A DNA stretch of 64,000 nucleotides from positions 2,880,001-2,944,000 of the forward strand of contig OZ242318.1 in assembly GCA_965208105.1 (NCBI GenBank). The letters are read 5' to 3'. The DNA comes from Candidatus Latescibacterota bacterium. Its GTDB lineage: Bacteria; Latescibacterota; UBA2968; UBA8231. Below, piece after piece: positions 60,335 through 64,000 of the stretch; the stretch's first letter is position 1; every line of letters begins with the position of its first letter. The notes below the pieces were generated by a model. It was not told the DNA's origin and ran no database searches. It was given only the letters and a program-made list of their open reading frames with translations. The translations under genes and the position numbers were made by a program.

Positions 60335-60382
60335 ACACATAGATCCGCCAGGGCTACCAAGCATTCTTGAAAGGGAAAATTT

Positions 60383-60716
60383 ATGCCATTGAATTTTCCT
60401 TTACTCGAAGGGAAAGGACAGGGTGTAGGTTCTCCGCATACCCTCAAAATACGATGCCCGGTCGGGGAAGTTCACCGCCGTGGTGCGGAGGCAAGCGGCC
60501 AGTGGAACAAGGCTATGAAGAGCATCGAGGATATTGAAATTCATGGACCTGGGCAACATTGCCCGGGGGTGGTCTGCCTTCATCGACGGAAAGCCGAATT
60601 ATCAGTATATGCTGGCAGGCGCCGAGTGGCCGGAGGCGAAGACCAAGAACACAAGGAGGAATTCGGCATCCTGGTATGTCCGTGGTCCAAGGGTCAGTTG
60701 CCCAACCTTCAACTGA
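60383..60716 (+). pseudogene. Frameshifted remnant of a phage-type protein
   Basis: Coding-like segments in different frames: KYDARSGKF, FMDLGNIARGWSAFIDGKP, EHKEEFGILV. Confidence 0.35.
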
Positions 60717-61542
60717 GGTCTCGTCTCACTCTACGAGCATGTTTGAAAATTCGGCCATTCCATGATATGGAATGATGGCCTATATTTTCTGCCAAAGAGA
60801 CAGCGTGAAGTACCTTCCAATGGAATTTTCCAAAAATCTTGCCGCCCAAATTGGGCAGGAAGGAGACCCCGCTGCCATACGCAAATTACAACCTAGCATA
60901 TCTCATTTTACCACATGATGAACTCCTTGCCACTGGCTTGGGTAATACACAAAAGGCAGCTTCAAGATTTTTAATTTTTCTCGATTTGAGAAAACGGGAG
61001 CTTAGAAGATTTATTTAACATATTGTAAATAAATAATATAAGGCGAATGATCCGCCAACCAAATAGTGACTGAAATGGGAATTATAAATATTTAACACCA
61101 CTCCGGCGGAAGAGGTGACAGCGGTACCTTTTCTCTGAGGATTTCAAGTGGAACAAATTTTCACCACTCTGCAGTTGTAGCCATCGGTCGAGCCTCCCTG
61201 GTGTGAATGAGATTTATGGATCTGAGGCGTACGCTCCAGCCGAAAATAAAACCGGCCAGACCGAAGAACCGCCAGTACGAGATTGGGGAATGGAGGTCTC
61301 CGAAAAGCTTGTGAAAGCCACCTACAGGCAGGAGGATTTTCAACCAATCCCACAGGGAAATGTCGCTCAGACCTGAACTTCATCGGAACACTTTTCACTG
61401 CACCTGTTTCGTGGTTGGCTCCTTTCTCTAGAACCATTCTCCAAACACAGCGGCGTTGTGCTTTGACGGAATGGGTCCAGGTTTAGGGAACCCCTAGAAA
61501 TTCGCGATCAGTGGACTGCTACGAATAGTACGGACCTGGAAA

Positions 61543-61764
61543 ATGACGACAGATCCTGCGGTTTTTGACTCGAACCTCCCGGCCTGGAAGCAAGGTCAGG
61601 ATACACCCTGGGGCATTCTGCGCCGCACCATTGCTATTCGAAACCTGACCGCTCATCTTTCAGAACCCTCCCTCGATATACTCGATGCCGGAGGCGGGAA
61701 CGCGGGGGATTTTCCCTTTGGCGAAAACCGGCACCGGGTTGACATAGTCGATTACTCTAAGTGA
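61543..61764 (+). pseudogene. SAM methyltransferase N-terminal fragment
   Basis: LDILDAGGGN motif I and VDIVDYS, then a stop at 73 aa. Confidence 0.6.
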
Positions 61765-61920
61765 TGAGGTTCCCACCAGCCGGGTCCACTCCACTCAGAA
61801 AAGGAGTGATATCTTTTGTATTCGAAATAAATTCGTGGGTCATTAATCGGAATTGACTGGAATGGTGAAGAGAAATCCTTTACCTATAAATCCCAGGTCC
61901 TCAGGGAGGATGGAAAAACC

Positions 61921-62850
61921 TTGCAACCGGAATCTAGCCGTCTGCCACCAGTCCCATGGGATGAACTGGTAGTTCTGGAATACTGTGACTACTATATTGA
62001 CGTCCAACTCTGGGCACCCCAAGGGAAACTGAGACCCAACCAATGGTTAGACAACTTCACAGATGAGGAAAAACCATTTGCAGTGCAAGTACTTGGGTCG
62101 TTCATCTACTATCCTGAGCAAATGGTTGACCAGATGCTAAAGGCAGCGATCCTTTCGTTGCAAGCTGTGGACCAGTACGGCGGCGACTTCCAAGCATCGG
62201 TAAGGGACTGGCATCGGCTGGTGAACTCATTGATTTTTTGTCCCCTTTCGGGCGAAATTCCGAATCCGTCTGACAGCGGATATGTCTTCGCACGGAAAGC
62301 ACGACAGGTGTTGGGAGCCCCTCAGAACAACATTCTGGAGCCAAAAGATGTGCTTCAGAGAGTTCGATTCTTTGGTGCAGAAAAGGTCGTTTTCCTTGAC
62401 GATTTTGTAGGAACGGGAGATCAATGCAAAATAAATTGGAATCGAGAAATTGACGGCTCTGGGATTTCCTTCGCAGATCTCGCCCAAGGAGGTGACGCTC
62501 AATTTTATTATTGTCCCCTGATTTGCACTGAGGCCGGATATTCTCGAATAAAATCAACCTGCCCCGAGCTTGAGGTCCGTCCCCTTCATCTTTTACCGAA
62601 AAATTATAGTCTTACCTCAACCGATTCGATCTTCTGGCCAGCTAACCTGAGTGAGGACGGCCCAATGGTCTTGCACCAGGCAAGCATGCGTGCCGGACTT
62701 GTCGATTCAGGTGGAAGAGATGTGAATGATTGGCAAGGCTATGGTCAGTTTGGACTTGCGATGGCCTTCTACCACTCAATTCCTGATGCTTGTCTACCTA
62801 TCCTCTATTGGGAGGAAAATGGTTGGATCCCACTGATGAGACGCACTTGA
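61921..62850 (+). CDS. Phosphoribosyltransferase-like protein (PRTase-CE type)
   Basis: QWLDNF, PSDSG, PRPP-loop VVFLDDFVGTGDQ, GYG...LAMAFYHSIPD.CLPILY...W.PL..R. Confidence 0.75.
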   Translation: MQPESSRLPPVPWDELVVLEYCDYYIDVQLWAPQGKLRPNQWLDNFTDEEKPFAVQVLGSFIYYPEQMVDQMLKAAILSLQAVDQYGGDFQASVRDWHRLVNSLIFCPLSGEIPNPSDSGYVFARKARQVLGAPQNNILEPKDVLQRVRFFGAEKVVFLDDFVGTGDQCKINWNREIDGSGISFADLAQGGDAQFYYCPLICTEAGYSRIKSTCPELEVRPLHLLPKNYSLTSTDSIFWPANLSEDGPMVLHQASMRAGLVDSGGRDVNDWQGYGQFGLAMAFYHSIPDACLPILYWEENGWIPLMRRT

Positions 62851-62861
62851 AGGCTTAAATC

Positions 62862-64000
62862 ATGCAAACGACCTACGAAGAGCAACTGAGCTCACTGTTT
62901 GGTAGTTACAAGGCGGAGTGGCTCCGAGACCAAATCTTCGATCTCTTTGCAGAACCGTCCTATCTGCCTGAATTAGCCACGGCGCGCCCTTGCGTATTAG
63001 TGGGTGGAAGAGGTACCGGTAAAACTACCGTCCTAAGAGGACTTACCTACGAAGGCCAAATGGCCCTTTATGGGGAGGGTCTAAATGACCCGGAAGATCT
63101 TCCTTTCGTGGGTCTTTACTATAGAGTGGAAACTAGCAAGGTCTCCTACTTCAACGGTCCTGAACTGCAGCAAAGGGAGTGGGAGAGACTCTTTGCGCAT
63201 TACCTCAATCTCATTTTCTGCAATCTGATCGCGGACTTTATAGAGTGGTATGGTGAGGCATCTGCAACACCGATTGTTATTTCGGCCGACGAGTGTAAAC
63301 GGGTTGCGGATAGCCTACATTTGGGTCCCGTGAAGAATGTCTCTCAGTTGTGCGATTCTCTAAGAGTGAGGAGCACCAAGTTTGAGGCGGCGGTGAACAA
63401 TGTTGCTGATAGCTCGAATTTGGCCCTGTCCATGCTCGGTGCTCCAGTTGAATACTTCACCTCTGCGCTTCTTGACCTACCTCAATTTTCTGGCAAGCAA
63501 TTCTTCATACTGATTGACGAGTATGAAAACTTCACCGACTACCAACAGCAGGTCTTAAATACCCTTATTAAGCACACCAAACCAGCCTACACGTTCAAAG
63601 TTGGCGTGAGGAGGCTCGGGTGGCGCGTACGTTCAACTTTGAACCAAGAAGAACGACTGATCAGTCCTGCTGACTACGTTGTTGTCGACATTGAAAGTAG
63701 ACTCCAAGGCAATTTCGATACATTCGCAGAATCAGTATGTAACGCCCGCCTGAATCAATTCGAAAAGCAGTCAGGAGAATCTGTCCTGCCCGTGCGAGAT
63801 GCACTGGCTTCCCTTACCGAAGACAGCGAAGCCGAATTGTTGGGGGTAGGTGAAGTGGATTTCGGTCAACAGTTGGCCGACCCCACCGATGAACTAGCGA
63901 GATTTTTCCAAAATCTCACACCCCTTCAGAAGTATTTCCTCTTCTACTGGTCTAGGTGTAAGGGCTCCAGCCTTACAAAATTGACACAGGAAGCATACAA
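62862..64000 (+). CDS. P-loop ATPase, ORC/CDC6-like STAND type (partial)
   Basis: Translated by hand: MQTTYEEQL...VLVGGRGTGKTT (Walker A), FFILIDEYEN (Walker B); no stop-terminated ORF in the track, so it appears to run off the window. Confidence 0.8.
   Translation, partial: MQTTYEEQLSSLFGSYKAEWLRDQIFDLFAEPSYLPELATARPCVLVGGRGTGKTTVLRGLTYEGQMALYGEGLNDPEDLPFVGLYYRVETSKVSYFNGPELQQREWERLFAHYLNLIFCNLIADFIEWYGEASATPIVISADECKRVADSLHLGPVKNVSQLCDSLRVRSTKFEAAVNNVADSSNLALSMLGAPVEYFTSALLDLPQFSGKQFFILIDEYENFTDYQQQVLNTLIKHTKPAYTFKVGVRRLGWRVRSTLNQEERLISPADYVVVDIESRLQGNFDTFAESVCNARLNQFEKQSGESVLPVRDALASLTEDSEAELLGVGEVDFGQQLADPTDELARFFQNLTPLQKYFLFYWSRCKGSSLTKLTQEAY

Larger units (their letters stand above)
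55776..64000. mobile_element. tRNA-associated genomic island or phage-satellite remnant (right end not seen)
   Basis: att-like site, integrase, AlpA, primase-helicase, lower GC, gene fragments, defence-like cargo. Confidence 0.75.

Overview
Bacterial chromosome segment, moderately GC-rich. The ileS-dksA/traR-lspA-rluD order and two PhyH dioxygenases suggest an FCB-group lineage such as Latescibacterota or Gemmatimonadota (inference). About 1-55.7 kb is mostly housekeeping and metabolic genes: glnS (partial), dapL, a small RHH gene plus nadA, yejABEF, panE-like, rluD, lspA, dksA-like, ileS, yggT/yggS, secDF, apbE, polyprenyl synthase, glcDE, an ABC exporter plus DUF1854, catabolic enzymes, fumC, a sugar ABC transporter, tRNA-Gln and tRNA-Ser. 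A 162-bp MITE-like repeat occurs three times. The strongest signal is a frameshifted IS110-family (IS1111-type) element inserted exactly at the end of one MITE copy. Its 3' non-coding region holds a readable bridge/seek-RNA-like structure, with one loop matching the MITE end (GACACTA) and another matching the element's own junction (ATATCAG). From about 55.8 kb there is a decaying tRNA-associated island: truncated P4-like integrase, AlpA, primase-VirE helicase with an iteron-like origin, gene fragments, and a PRTase-like plus P-loop ATPase pair that is a candidate defence system and runs off the window. The GlnRS-like protein has unusual active-site substitutions. No CRISPR array or rRNA was seen. 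All assignments come from motif reading, with no database searches.
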